From the NCBI GenBank assembly GCA_900128395.1, contig LT649336.1:1-36528 (forward strand): DNA of 36,528 bases, written 5' to 3'. Under the pieces are notes generated by a model that saw only the letters and a list, made by a program, of their open reading frames with translations, searched no databases and was not told where the DNA came from. The position numbers were made by a program, and so were the translations under genes. Shown here piece by piece: positions 12,189 through 23,700 of this stretch; position 1 is the stretch's first letter, and each line of letters opens with the position of its first letter. Source of the stretch: Stramenopiles sp. TOSAG23-2 (taxonomy: Eukaryota).

Positions 12189-12232
12189 TTAGATATTATT
12201 GCCTCAGGGAACCTTGAGGCAATAATATCTAA
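12189..12232. repeat. Perfect 18-bp hairpin/inverted repeat
   Basis: ttagatattattgcctca (12189-12206), 8-nt spacer, tgaggcaataatatctaa (12215-12232). Confidence 0.9.
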
Positions 12233-12367
12233 CACTACATTATTCTTTTGGAGAGTTATGCATAGGAATTATCATGAGTAAATTTTAAAAAATTAAATTA
12301 TGCGTAAATTAAAAATAATAAAACGAGATGGATAAAAATCTACGAAAAGTGTTTTATACTTCTTCTT

Positions 12368-12521
12368 CGTAATAATTTTACTTCCCGCCGCAAAATCAAA
12401 ATATTATATTACGATTGTATATATATATAAAATATATATATATATATGAAATATTATTCTTGAGATTGAGTATTGAGCAGCAGTCATTATTATTTACCAC
12501 ACAGGAAGTAAAATTATTACG
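12368..12521. repeat. Perfect 18-bp inverted repeats bracketing a 118-nt (TA)n-containing spacer (MITE-like or foldback)
   Basis: cgtaataattttacttcc (12368-12385) and ggaagtaaaattattacg (12504-12521). Confidence 0.8.
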
Positions 12522-12647
12522 GCGGTATATAACACTTAAAGATTTTAACCATCAATATTTATATAATATTTTTCTATTCATATCATATATATCATATCAT
12601 ACATCATACGCTTCGTACGAAGTATACCAGTATACAACAATCAAAAA

Positions 12648-13658
12648 TTACTCCCTTCGATAGCGTTTGGTATCCCTTTCTTCATAATCATTATTATAAT
12701 TGCCATTGCCTTTTCGTTTATTAAAATCAAATTCTTCCCGACGATCTTTTCCACCCCTTCTTCCCCCATCATTATCATCATCTCCATAACCTGAACGTCT
12801 TAATTCTATAAAACCTAAACCACGTTTTTCAACTATATTAGAATGATCATAAGATATCAAAAATTGATCATAATCACTAATTTCCTTTATTATAGCACTA
12901 TAAAACAAATTATCTTTACTAAAACGTGCATCGACTCTGCTACCTACTATATGTAAATGCCTTATAGGCTCATTGCGTTTGGCACGGTCGCGAACAGCAT
13001 CATAATTTTCTTTACCATCTGCACCAGATATGATTGATGCAAATTTTTTCATTTGATCCATTGGTATTCGTGGTAAATGCATACTATTATATAAATTGGA
13101 TGTTAATATTTCTTCTATAATTTCACCTAATTTAATTTGTTTCTGTTTCTCGAAATCTACGTATAATAAATCGTAATCTGCTAAGACCGGCTCTAACCAA
13201 TCCCATAAATCTCCATAATCAAGTCCAAGTCTTAGATACAGTACACCAGCTAAACGAATATATGGTGAATCATATTGGTTCAATAAAAATTTTGCATTTT
13301 CAATAGTAATATTTGATACAAATAATTTATGTATTAAACATGCTAATTTTGATGGTTCTGTTCTGCTAGCATTTTGGTACAAGTTTCCATGATCAACATT
13401 ATTTATAATTTCCTCTACTAGATCTTCAAACGTTATAATATTTTCCAACGTTTTAAAATATTTAGAACGAGTTATTGCAAAGTGTAAAGGCGCACTAAAA
13501 TTAAAACGTTCGTTTGCTTTTACTGGTAACTCTTCACTTCCAATTTGTAATTTTTCCTCTATTTTTTTCGCATTCGCAGTGATGGTACCATTCTTCTTTG
13601 CTGATAATAGCTCCCGTATACGTTTTTTTTCTTTATATGCTTCTGCTGCACGTGACAT
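12648..13658 (-). CDS. PRP38: PRP38-family splicing factor with a C-terminal Tudor-like domain
   Basis: PRP38 core: SKYFKTL, PSKLACLIHKLF, DSPYIRLAGVLYLR, LWDWLEPVL, LPRIP. Tudor-like segment: VGSRVDARFSKDNLFYSAIIKEI...FLISY. Confidence 0.85.
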   Translation of the reverse strand: MSRAAEAYKEKKRIRELLSAKKNGTITANAKKIEEKLQIGSEELPVKANERFNFSAPLHFAITRSKYFKTLENIITFEDLVEEIINNVDHGNLYQNASRTEPSKLACLIHKLFVSNITIENAKFLLNQYDSPYIRLAGVLYLRLGLDYGDLWDWLEPVLADYDLLYVDFEKQKQIKLGEIIEEILTSNLYNSMHLPRIPMDQMKKFASIISGADGKENYDAVRDRAKRNEPIRHLHIVGSRVDARFSKDNLFYSAIIKEISDYDQFLISYDHSNIVEKRGLGFIELRRSGYGDDDNDGGRRGGKDRREEFDFNKRKGNGNYNNDYEERDTKRYRRE

Positions 13659-14134
13659 GTTGATCTGTCTATTATTATTGAACCTATTATTTTTTTGTTT
13701 GATATGTTTCTTTTGTTGTTGTTCTATTAAATTGTTTTCTATAATGATGGAATTATAATTTTCATTGTATTATTGAAATTGGAAGAAAGCTCTTCCTTAT
13801 TGTTGTGGACCAGAGAGAGAGATTTTCCTTGCCACAGTATATTATTATTTAATATTATTAATAGAGCTAGCATGGCCATAGGCCCTATCCTTAGGTATGG
13901 ATGGACACAAATCAAGGAGGACGATAAACGAAAAGGCAAAAAGCTGGCTGGCAGCAGCAGCATGCAGCAGCAAGAACCATCTATAATATATCTACAAGAA
14001 TATATATATATAGTATTATATTATATATTATTGTCCAATTACACAATAATACAGGTAAAACGAAGAGAGATAAATACAATTACATACATGTATACATATA
14101 TTTACATATTCATATATATAATTGTTAAATAATC

Positions 14135-14560
14135 ATGTCAAAGCCAGATGAGCCAAGAACACATATTGTATCTGTAAAAAGAGTTATTACAGATGGCAAA
14201 CCAATTAGTGGGCGTTTTTGGAAAAGTAAGCAGAAACGTACCTCTAATAGGAAATCAGCAAAAGACCGCAAGAGTCTATGGGAGCAAAAAGTTGAAGCAA
14301 AAAAGAGATTTAAACAAATGAAAGAATTAGAAAAGCAAGTCATTAATAATAGGAATGAAATGCTTACCAAGCGTAAAGAAAAGACATTGGCAAAAAAGAA
14401 GCGAAAAGCAGAAGCTGAACTAGAAAATTCCAGGTATCAGTTTATTACAAATGATAAAAAAATTAAAAAAATGAGCAAAAAACAACTTCGATTAGTTAAG
14501 AAATTGCGTATGAATCCTAAACTTGGCGTTGTTGAGATTGTTGGTGCATATGATAAATAA
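14135..14560 (+). CDS. CCDC86: Cgr1/CCDC86-family nucleolar ribosome-biogenesis protein
   Basis: GKPISGRFWK motif, K/R/E-rich coiled coil and KIKKMSKKQLR near the C-terminus. Confidence 0.8.
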   Translation: MSKPDEPRTHIVSVKRVITDGKPISGRFWKSKQKRTSNRKSAKDRKSLWEQKVEAKKRFKQMKELEKQVINNRNEMLTKRKEKTLAKKKRKAEAELENSRYQFITNDKKIKKMSKKQLRLVKKLRMNPKLGVVEIVGAYDK

Positions 14561-14713
14561 ATAAAAATTGGTATTTTAATTACTAGTATATTCGTATATA
14601 TATATATATATAGTATATAGATAGATAGATCGAGATCTATCATACTTCAGTATAATAATACTCTTAGAAATACACACACATTTTCCATTATATCAGGCGC
14701 GTATGCATTAGCT

Positions 14714-17700
14714 TTAGCACCATAAATTTAAACCATGCCATGCTCTGTAATGCACTCTATCATCAGTTGCTAATATCATCAATTGTTTGATTTGTTCTTT
14801 TACCTTTTTATTTATATCGTCTTCATTATTATTATTATTATTCATATTATCATTCTCATTTTTCTTATTATTGATTTTATACTCTTTTTCCAATCCTTTG
14901 ACAAAATTTTTTAAGTAATTTATGTTTGCTGGTACACATCGTTTGTTGGAATTAAGAGTATCATACAAAATAGAAAATGGTGACTCCATTGCAATTTTTC
15001 TCTCTACAAATTGTAAACAGGTTTTGTTTTGTGTATTAAGCTTCAGACTTTGAAAGCTTTGCACTAAATTGCTGGAGGATTTTTGACGCCATTCTAATAT
15101 TGGATCAGCAAGATACGACCTCATGGAACTTAATAGTAACGATTTCTCACTAATCATTGCTTTCATAACCGTGCACATATGTGCTTCCAACGCAGCATTA
15201 CGGTTGGGATGGGGTGCCATTAAATGAACCATCTGTTTTGAATGTCTAAATGGTATTAACTCAGGAACAGGCAAAAGAAATGTTGCAGAACCAAAGGTAT
15301 GTCCAAAATCAATTGGTATAAGTTCGCAATCACTTTTGCGTAATAAACAATTGCCTAAATGGCGATCGCCAATTCCCAATAAATATGTTGCGATATTTAT
15401 AACCGCTCGTGATGATATAATTTTGCTACGTAGAGTTACAAATGTTTCAGCTGTAGATGCTATCGAACGTAAATAATTTCTAAAGCGCAAATTGTTAAAT
15501 GTTGCCGTCGTCTCTTTATATTTACTACGAATTTTTTCTTCTCCTCTGGTACTTGCAGCATCTTTGTATATTTTATCATAAGCATCAGAACCAGATTTAT
15601 TGCCATGTTCTTTTATGAATTGGGCAATAGTGTCTCTATTTACATATGCTTCTTTATTTTTTTTTTCTGGGCCGTATGTATCAGATAGCGTGCATGTACC
15701 ATCAACCCATTCGATTAGCCCCGCTGTCATCGTAATAGGTACTACCGCGAATGTATTTACTTTCATATTATGCTTTCTACAATCTGGTTTTGAACGGAAA
15801 ATGCTATTCATTGCTTCAAAGACTTGTTGCACGCGCTGATCATTTCTTAAATCCTCGTCGGACTTGGCTAAAAAACGATATTCAACTGAATCGCTTCCAT
15901 AAAATGTTAAACGCTTTGGTGCGCGCATCGATGATAAAATTAACATTGATTCTTCAACATACGCAATTGCAGCATGCCCATTTGGTAATGGCATGCTTTT
16001 CGTATTACGGTATTGTCCTGGAATCTCAATATTAGAATGTAACAATGTCAATAAATATGGACTTTCTATTCTCATTTTTTGCCCTTTATATATGTCTGCA
16101 TACTTGTTTGTCATGATTGCCTTTTTATTTCTAATAATTTTCATTTTCTTGTACTTCGGATCAATTGGTGCTTTTCTTTGAGCAATTTCAATGATAGCAT
16201 CCGCAAATTGAGTCAAATTTGGTACTTTTTGAAATATTCGTTTTAACGGTACAACAAATATCGTATCGGAATCAGATAGATTCATACTTTCTTTTGCAAT
16301 GCGAAAATCGTAATAAACAGCCTGTGGGTATTTCTCTGCAACATTAATAATTATATCTTTCAATGCCATTCGCATACTGTGATTTTCTTTAAAAAATGCC
16401 ATCATTAATGGAATAAAACTTAAAAATTTCCAAGGTTCAACTTGATATTTTTTTGCTTGAGACGAGAAATACGAGCAAATTTTCATATTGCTATCTGGAT
16501 GTGCCATTAAGCTTAAAACTTTTGAAAAACGTTCTGATGCAACAATACTGCCCAATTTCATTGCATGCAATAAATTGTCTATGAATTTAGTGCTCAAATC
16601 ATAAAACTGTGCTTTGTGAAATTTCACCTCATCGGCATTCTCCTTGGTGCTGTTGTTGCTGCTGCTGCTCCTACCATTACTGTTATTACTCTTCTTTTCT
16701 AAATTATCCAACAACTTTTCATCAAATAATGCTAATGCACAGTATCCTGATGGACCGCCAGCCTGTGTATATGCAGTCCTTGCATTGTTACAAATATCAT
16801 GAATTATCATGTCATTGTATCCTTTAGACGTATCTTCATTTTGTTTTAAAAAATCTTCTAGATGTATATTCATTTTCTTTGAAAATATATTACCTTGCAA
16901 AATATAAAATTTCGCTTTTGTTGTTTCACTTTCTTGATCCAACAGTTTACTTATTTTCAAATCTTCTAAAATTGAGTTTGCTTTATTCAGCGCAGGTATA
17001 CTTTTATCATCTACTAAGTAGAAATATCGAGCGGTTATATAACCATCCTTAAAAGTTTTTTTAAGTTGGCTGTCCTTTCTAATTTTGCTTGCTGCGACGA
17101 TACTATTTCTTGCTTTCATCTTATTATTTTGAAGGAATGATCCTTCTGCAAGACGATATAGACAGCTCATTCTCGCCTCGTCCTTTCTATTGCTTTCTGG
17201 TATTGTATGAATACAAGCCATACGAGTCTGGTGTAAATCATCCCACGTTTTGACTGAATCGTATCTATGGGAAGGCCAACTTTTCTCCCAACTAGTTACT
17301 AGACGGTCAAAATCATCATAACCAGCATTATCATTTTCCTGTAAGGTTACAAAATCTTGGCATGAAATGAAAAGTGGAAGCATTGACAGAGCATCATGTC
17401 GTGCTGAAAACGAATATACATCTAAGCTTGAATAACGGTTTAGCAACTTATCTATTTCTTCCCAAACAATGCCATGCGCACCTTTCCATTCTCTTCGATT
17501 AACTTTACTGAAAAAGTCTTTTAAAAATAACTTCGTGGATTCATCATCAGATGAGGTATCTGAATTCGCTTGATTTAAAGCATCAGTTTCATATTGCTTT
17601 AATCCATCCATAATTTCCTCTTCTTTTAAAGTCTCGTAAATGCTATTTAAACATTCCCATCCATCATTTCCATCATTGGCTAATCTGTCGTTTGCAATTA

Positions 17701-20700
17701 TGTTTTCCTCTATAACAACTGCGCCAGCTGCTAAGTTTAGGCTACTTATTGCTTCGTTTTTTATAATTTCCAACTGCTCTATGCTAATATCATCCTTCGT
17801 AGGCCCAGATAATAATGTGAAACAGTTTCGAATGAAAGAGAAATCCCTTTTGTGGATATTATCGGTATTACTTCGTGCTAGAATATTTAGTATAGAATGA
17901 TAACCTTCATCCTTCAAGGCATACAAAAATATGCTATTCGCAGCCATATTAGCAAGCTTCTTATCAAATATGAATAAATTCAATAAAGGATCTATTAAAT
18001 CTTTGTATTTCAATTTAGTATCTGGTAGCTCGCCAATCCTGTAACTTCGATATAGTACCTTTCGTTTACTTTCCTTCTCGTACTTTCTCCGTTTGCTTCT
18101 TGAATACGGCATAGCGAAAGAGCCATTATTAGGATCCATTTTTCTTTTACGGTAAAGCTGTATTCCAAAGTTTTGTGATGCTAATTGTGTAGAAGCTCCG
18201 CTACTATTGGCTCCACCATCTTCGGACTGGGTTAGACTAAATAACATGTCACCGTCATTTTGTGTTGCCATTACCATATCGCCATAATTGCTGTTGTTGT
18301 TACTAGTGGCAGTTGACAAAGACTGAGAAGCCCAATTATCATCTATATCCATATTTGTCGATTGAGAAGTGGACGAAGGTATTATCATTGAGGATACCAT
18401 TGATGAAAATGCAGGTTCCATATACAAGGATTGCGTCATGTCAAATCCGTTTCCACTTCCCGCATTTATTTTTAAGTCTGTGAAATCACACTTGTGTATC
18501 TCTTTATTGCATCTTGGTAAGAATGAATTTTGACGATAATCAGCACCATTCTTTACCAAACAGAGCATTAAATAACTGGACAACTGAGAATGAAAGTCTT
18601 CCATATCTTCTCTGATAATATTTGGATTTAACAATGACAAAGCACGGTTGACACTACTTTTTTGTGGTAGAATTTCATTCCAGTATGATAGTAAACAATC
18701 TTTTACAACTCTATAACGATTTTTCAATCCTAATAGGAGAATGTCCCTCAAATATAGCGTACCTTTATCAAAGTATTGTAATTTAGCATCATCATCTGTT
18801 AGCATTGTTGCGGTGGTTGTACTCGTTGTAGTTGTAGTTACCGGTGTTACAACATTTTCCCTATTTTTTGCAACCAATCGTCGATCCATCGATATGCATA
18901 GCTCATAAAACAGTATACAAATATCAGGATTTTCATTAGTAATATATGCCATTGTAAAATTTGTATTTGTAATCACTGTAGTAGATGATTCTTTGTTAAT
19001 TTTAATTGAAACAAATGTTGATTTTGGCCATTCCTCTATCGGCTTTTTCTCAATCCACAATGTCATTATCTCTAATAAAAACCTTTTAGTTTTTTGATTA
19101 TCTTGTGAAGCTAGCATATCAAATGCTGTTTCCAAGTGCTCAAAACATAATGTTACAAGATCTACCGATACCTCCTCCCATGTCAGCATTTTGTGCGTAA
19201 TTTCTAACGCCAACGCCACGCTGTCGCTATCCAATAGCGACAAACGACCCAAAAAATTACTGAAGAAATCGCGGCTATTGCATAGGCGTGGGCCCAAATG
19301 CAGCGCCACTTGAAGCAGCTTTTTTGTTTCTGCCTTATTGTGAGGATTAAATTTGGTTTGTAACTTCATCCTTACTACATCATAGAATGCCTTGCCTAAA
19401 ATTTCATCTTCCTTCGATTCTTGTGCAATTGTACATATAAATCTAGAAGCATTAAACCGTATATCAATATATTTAGCTTCAAAGACCTTATTTCTAATAC
19501 CATGAACTTTGTCATATAAGAACGTGTCCTTATCCATGATGCTACTAATTTTCTCCCAATTCCAAGGTATAAATTCGTTAATAATACAATATATAGCAAG
19601 CGCCAGAGCTTGTAATTGTGACGCCCATCGCACATTGCTTTTTCTGTTTGATTCTTCCATCCACTTAAAAAGCCAATGGGAGTTATTACAAATTGCATTA
19701 CAGCCTACCATGTAAATATCAAAAATTAGCAACGTGTCGACAGATAGTATTTGAGAATTCATTTCTTGAAACCAATGCTTAAACAGTATTTTAAAATGAT
19801 CGAGTGCTTTTGACTTAATGACACCTTTCGTATATGCTAATACCTTGATCCAGTTATTGAAAAACGTCTTCAACTTGGACAACATCGACAAATCCGCTCT
19901 ACCACTATTTGCTACGTTCTTCATCATTACATCGCCGTGATCATCATGCCAGTCAGCTAATATTGATGTCATCCTTTTAAAAAAGTCTTGAAAGCGATCA
20001 TCAAACAGTCGTGTGTCGGCACTATAATCAACTAAAGTTGATATGCAAAATGCTTCCCATTCTGTTGAAAATGGTTTAAAGTACTCAGGCATTTCACTGA
20101 TTAAATGTAAAATAAAAATTTTCAAGCACAATGGTGTTTCGGTTGCATTCGTCCCAATATCTAGAAGGATTTTCATAAATTCTGGTTGAGGTTTGTCAGC
20201 AACCCTTATCCACATTTGTTGTTCTTCGTCAAATGTAGCCCAAGCGTTATATTCATAATTAGGTTCTGGATTTTTATTTTGATTCCAAAGATACTCAAAT
20301 ATACTACAAGTAGTAGTAACACAATCTGCATTAGCATTCCTCCAGTCTTGTGATGGGTACGGAACATCTACTATTAAATTTTTCCAATGCATCAAACTAT
20401 TGTCCGCTTTTTTGCTTTTGCTATTAATTAAATTTACTTGAGTTTGCATTTTCCTTTGTGTTTTAATAGCACAATGGCACAAACACAAGAAAGCAGCAAC
20501 TTTGCAAGAATGGTCAACACTGGGATCTTGGTGCAATATAATTTTCTTCGATTGAAGAATGATATGCATCGTTAACGCAGTGTCTTTTCCATCAGCAAAC
20601 CTTTTGCCGAGATGCGACTTACCTGTACCGTAACCTTGAACTAACTCGACGATTTGATTCTTAATTTCCTTATCATCTAATCGCTGGTATAAAATTTGTA

Positions 20701-23700
20701 GTAAAGAAAATGAATATTTAATGAAACTGGAATTTACGTTTCCAACTTTTGATGCATCTGACAGAGGAAGAAGCCAATCAAAAAGAGGCTGATTACCCGG
20801 TAAGCTCTTATAACCGGTGCGAAATATGTTTGAAATAATATCTTTTTGACAATGCAGCAAATATGGAATGCACACTTTTTTTAGAACCATCTCCTTTAAA
20901 TCCTCGCCATACAACTTCAAATTATTATTAAATAGAATTGAAGTCGAGAGCTCCATGATACTGGAGCGTAATCGTACAACCATATCAGGAGCAGGATCCT
21001 TCGCATATCTTGTAATAATCTTTTTAAGCATTTGATCAATTTTTTCACGCAACAAATGGTCTGGGTGTAGAATTTTCCTACACAAAATTGAAAAATATTC
21101 ATGGCAAAAAATACCACCAACATTTAAAACTAGAAGTCCGACTTCAACAGCTTTGCAATTTTCACGCTCGTCGCTCGATCCAGCATCTACGACTGAACTT
21201 GGGCCTGGGAAGTGGTATCTGAAAATTCTTTTTTTTAATATTTCACATGTTATTGCTGAACATTTTTTTGCGTCTCTTCGTTCTATCGTACTAGACGATT
21301 TTAGAAGTGTACCAGAAAGTCTGAAAGCCTCCATTTTCAATTCAAATGGTGGTTGATCACCAACATCCATTAACAAAAAGTGTAATAAATCCAAAAGGAA
21401 TGAATCTGTACGTTCATTGCTGACATACTTTTCACTTTCAATTATTGGTATTAAAATTTGTAAAAATGAAATCAAAGTTTGCAATATTGGATTAACTCCA
21501 TTCATAACGAAATTACTTTGAGAGTTACTGTTTCCATTACTTTGAAGTTGCGATCCCCAAAGACGATTTTGCTCTAAGAAATAATCATTAAATGCTTCGA
21601 TTAGTTGATCAAACGATAAAATTTCCGTCGTATTATACTTTTTATTGTATAAAATAAAACGAATAATAATTTTTCTTAACAAATGAAGAATGCGAGATGA
21701 TTGAAAAGCAAAACGGAACATATCCTTGGAGATGCTTATCCAAACGTTTGGCTGCATAAAAAACGATGTTATGGCTCCAATTATTGAGTTATCGTGACTT
21801 TTATTCTTGTCATTGATATTTTGCTGAAGATTTTCTGACATAGAAAGTATGTAACTCAAAAAGCTTGATTTTTCAATCATATACAATACATCCTTTGGCT
21901 CTAAGTGTATTTTATTAAAATTGAACAGAAAAAAAACAACGCATTCGTAAAAGTCCATCAGTAATGGGGATAAATTTCTTTCTGCAACAAGTTTTAATTC
22001 ATTTATGATGAGATTGCAAAACTTGTTAATGCAAGTATTGTAACGATCGTCGTTCGAAAAAATTAATTTTAAGACGCCATGTTTATTAGACAAGGTCAAG
22101 CCATTCAAAATTAACTTCTTCGATTTCAAAGTATATTTTACGTTTCCTTCCATATCCAGACCATCTCGAGTAACTCTCAAAGTCTCATCAATTTCATTAT
22201 AAATTAAATCTAGTTTCTTCACAACATTAATAGAATCAAAATCACTGCTACATAATGTCGATTTATGTTCCTAATATAAATTATAATTTCAGGTTAGTCA
22301 TTAAACTTAATTTAGTAGTGGAAATATATATGTTTATACATAAGGTCAAGAATTTCATGAATATTGGCTCAGAAACATATGTTATAGACGAATCCCATCT
22401 TTGTTTTACTTTCGATATCAAGGACGAACCTTTATCTCGGTCATGGATCATGTAAGATCCGAACAAAGATCAAATAAAACTCTGGTAATTAGTGACAACG
22501 TTTTCACCTTTTTTTTTTTTAGCATAAAAAATATATACCAAAACATAAGAAAAAAGACAAAAAAACTGAATTTCCACCTTTTGCATAATTAAATATCATA
22601 CAATGATGTATTGCATCCGGAAGGATACAAAATAAAAACCAAGTTAGGGTTAACAGTACCAACTTTGCCTTGCAAAGCCATACTACAACGGTAAAACGTC
22701 GGTCTAAAAACATATTGTTGTATCATCACAGCCAAACAGAAATCATATTGTCTTCAAAGATTTTAAAGTGTTTCAGATTTACATACCCCGCTAGCAATTG
22801 TAAACAACGTTTTACATGCTTCCTCTTGTAACGTTTCGTGAGGAACTTGCGCTTCATTTGAAATTGTGGTTGGATAAAAAAGTGCTGCAATTAATAATGG
22901 CACCACACCCTTTAACAAATCTCCGGCGTGTTTTGGATTTATGGTATTATTAGAGAAAGAAGCTAGAGCTTCCTTGTCTTGAAATAGATTATCAATGAAT
23001 TTGAACAATTCGCAAATCAATGTACCAGGCAATATTGTAGTGTTTGCTGTTCTACCAGCAATATTTATCAATTCATAAATATTGTCAATAATATGTGAGA
23101 CTGATGCTCTTGTTGAAACGGAGTCTCCATTAATATGTCGCTTTTTATTTATACTGGAACTTCCACCAATATCATGGTTGTATGATGCTAGGCTGCTCAT
23201 TTTAATCATGTGCTTTTCAATAGCCCAATTATATGCAAATAAAGATCCTTCTAGACCTCTATAATACGATTTCAAATCTCCTACCTGTAAACGATAACGC
23301 AAGCTGTTTTGATTTTCAAACAAATATACAAAGTCCGGCTTCTTTGTTAAACTATATCCAGCTTCAGATTCATATTTTGCTCTGGCTATAGAACTGAACA
23401 ATTTTGAACAAATAACGCGCATTTCTATAGATTGACTAGAGATCTGACATAAAATATATTCCATTAATTGATCCAAATTGTTCATAACTTCCCCTGTATA
23501 ATTGTCCCCACCACTTAGATGTTTGCATATAATCCTCGTAAAGTGTTCAATTATATCGCCCAATGATTTACAATTATCAAATTTATTATCTGTGAAGCTA
23601 TTCTCATTGCTTTTTAAAGCATTTAAAGTGTGGTATATGATATCTAACGAATACTTGCGTATTAGCTCCGGTTCTTCACGAAAATCTCTGTAAAATAAAT

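Noticed and set aside
22390-22482. Hammerhead ribozyme or TPP riboswitch in the intron
   Set aside because: The core motifs (CUGANGA...GAAA; CUGAGA...ACCUGAU) are not present in the required arrangement.
22621-22628. U12-type donor-like GTATCCTT (minus strand)
   Set aside because: No upstream exon in frame and no U12 branch site; it forms one arm of a hairpin in the ncRNA.
22255-22713. Short ORFs or cassette exons inside the PRKDC intron
   Set aside because: The candidate internal acceptors I tried (22704, ~22484) run into stops in the required frame; RNA structure explains the sequence better.
22222-22763. DNA-PKcs as two genes or a broken pseudogene
   Set aside because: A phase-0 GT-AG intron with a strong branch site joins the ORFs into a full-length ~4056-aa protein.
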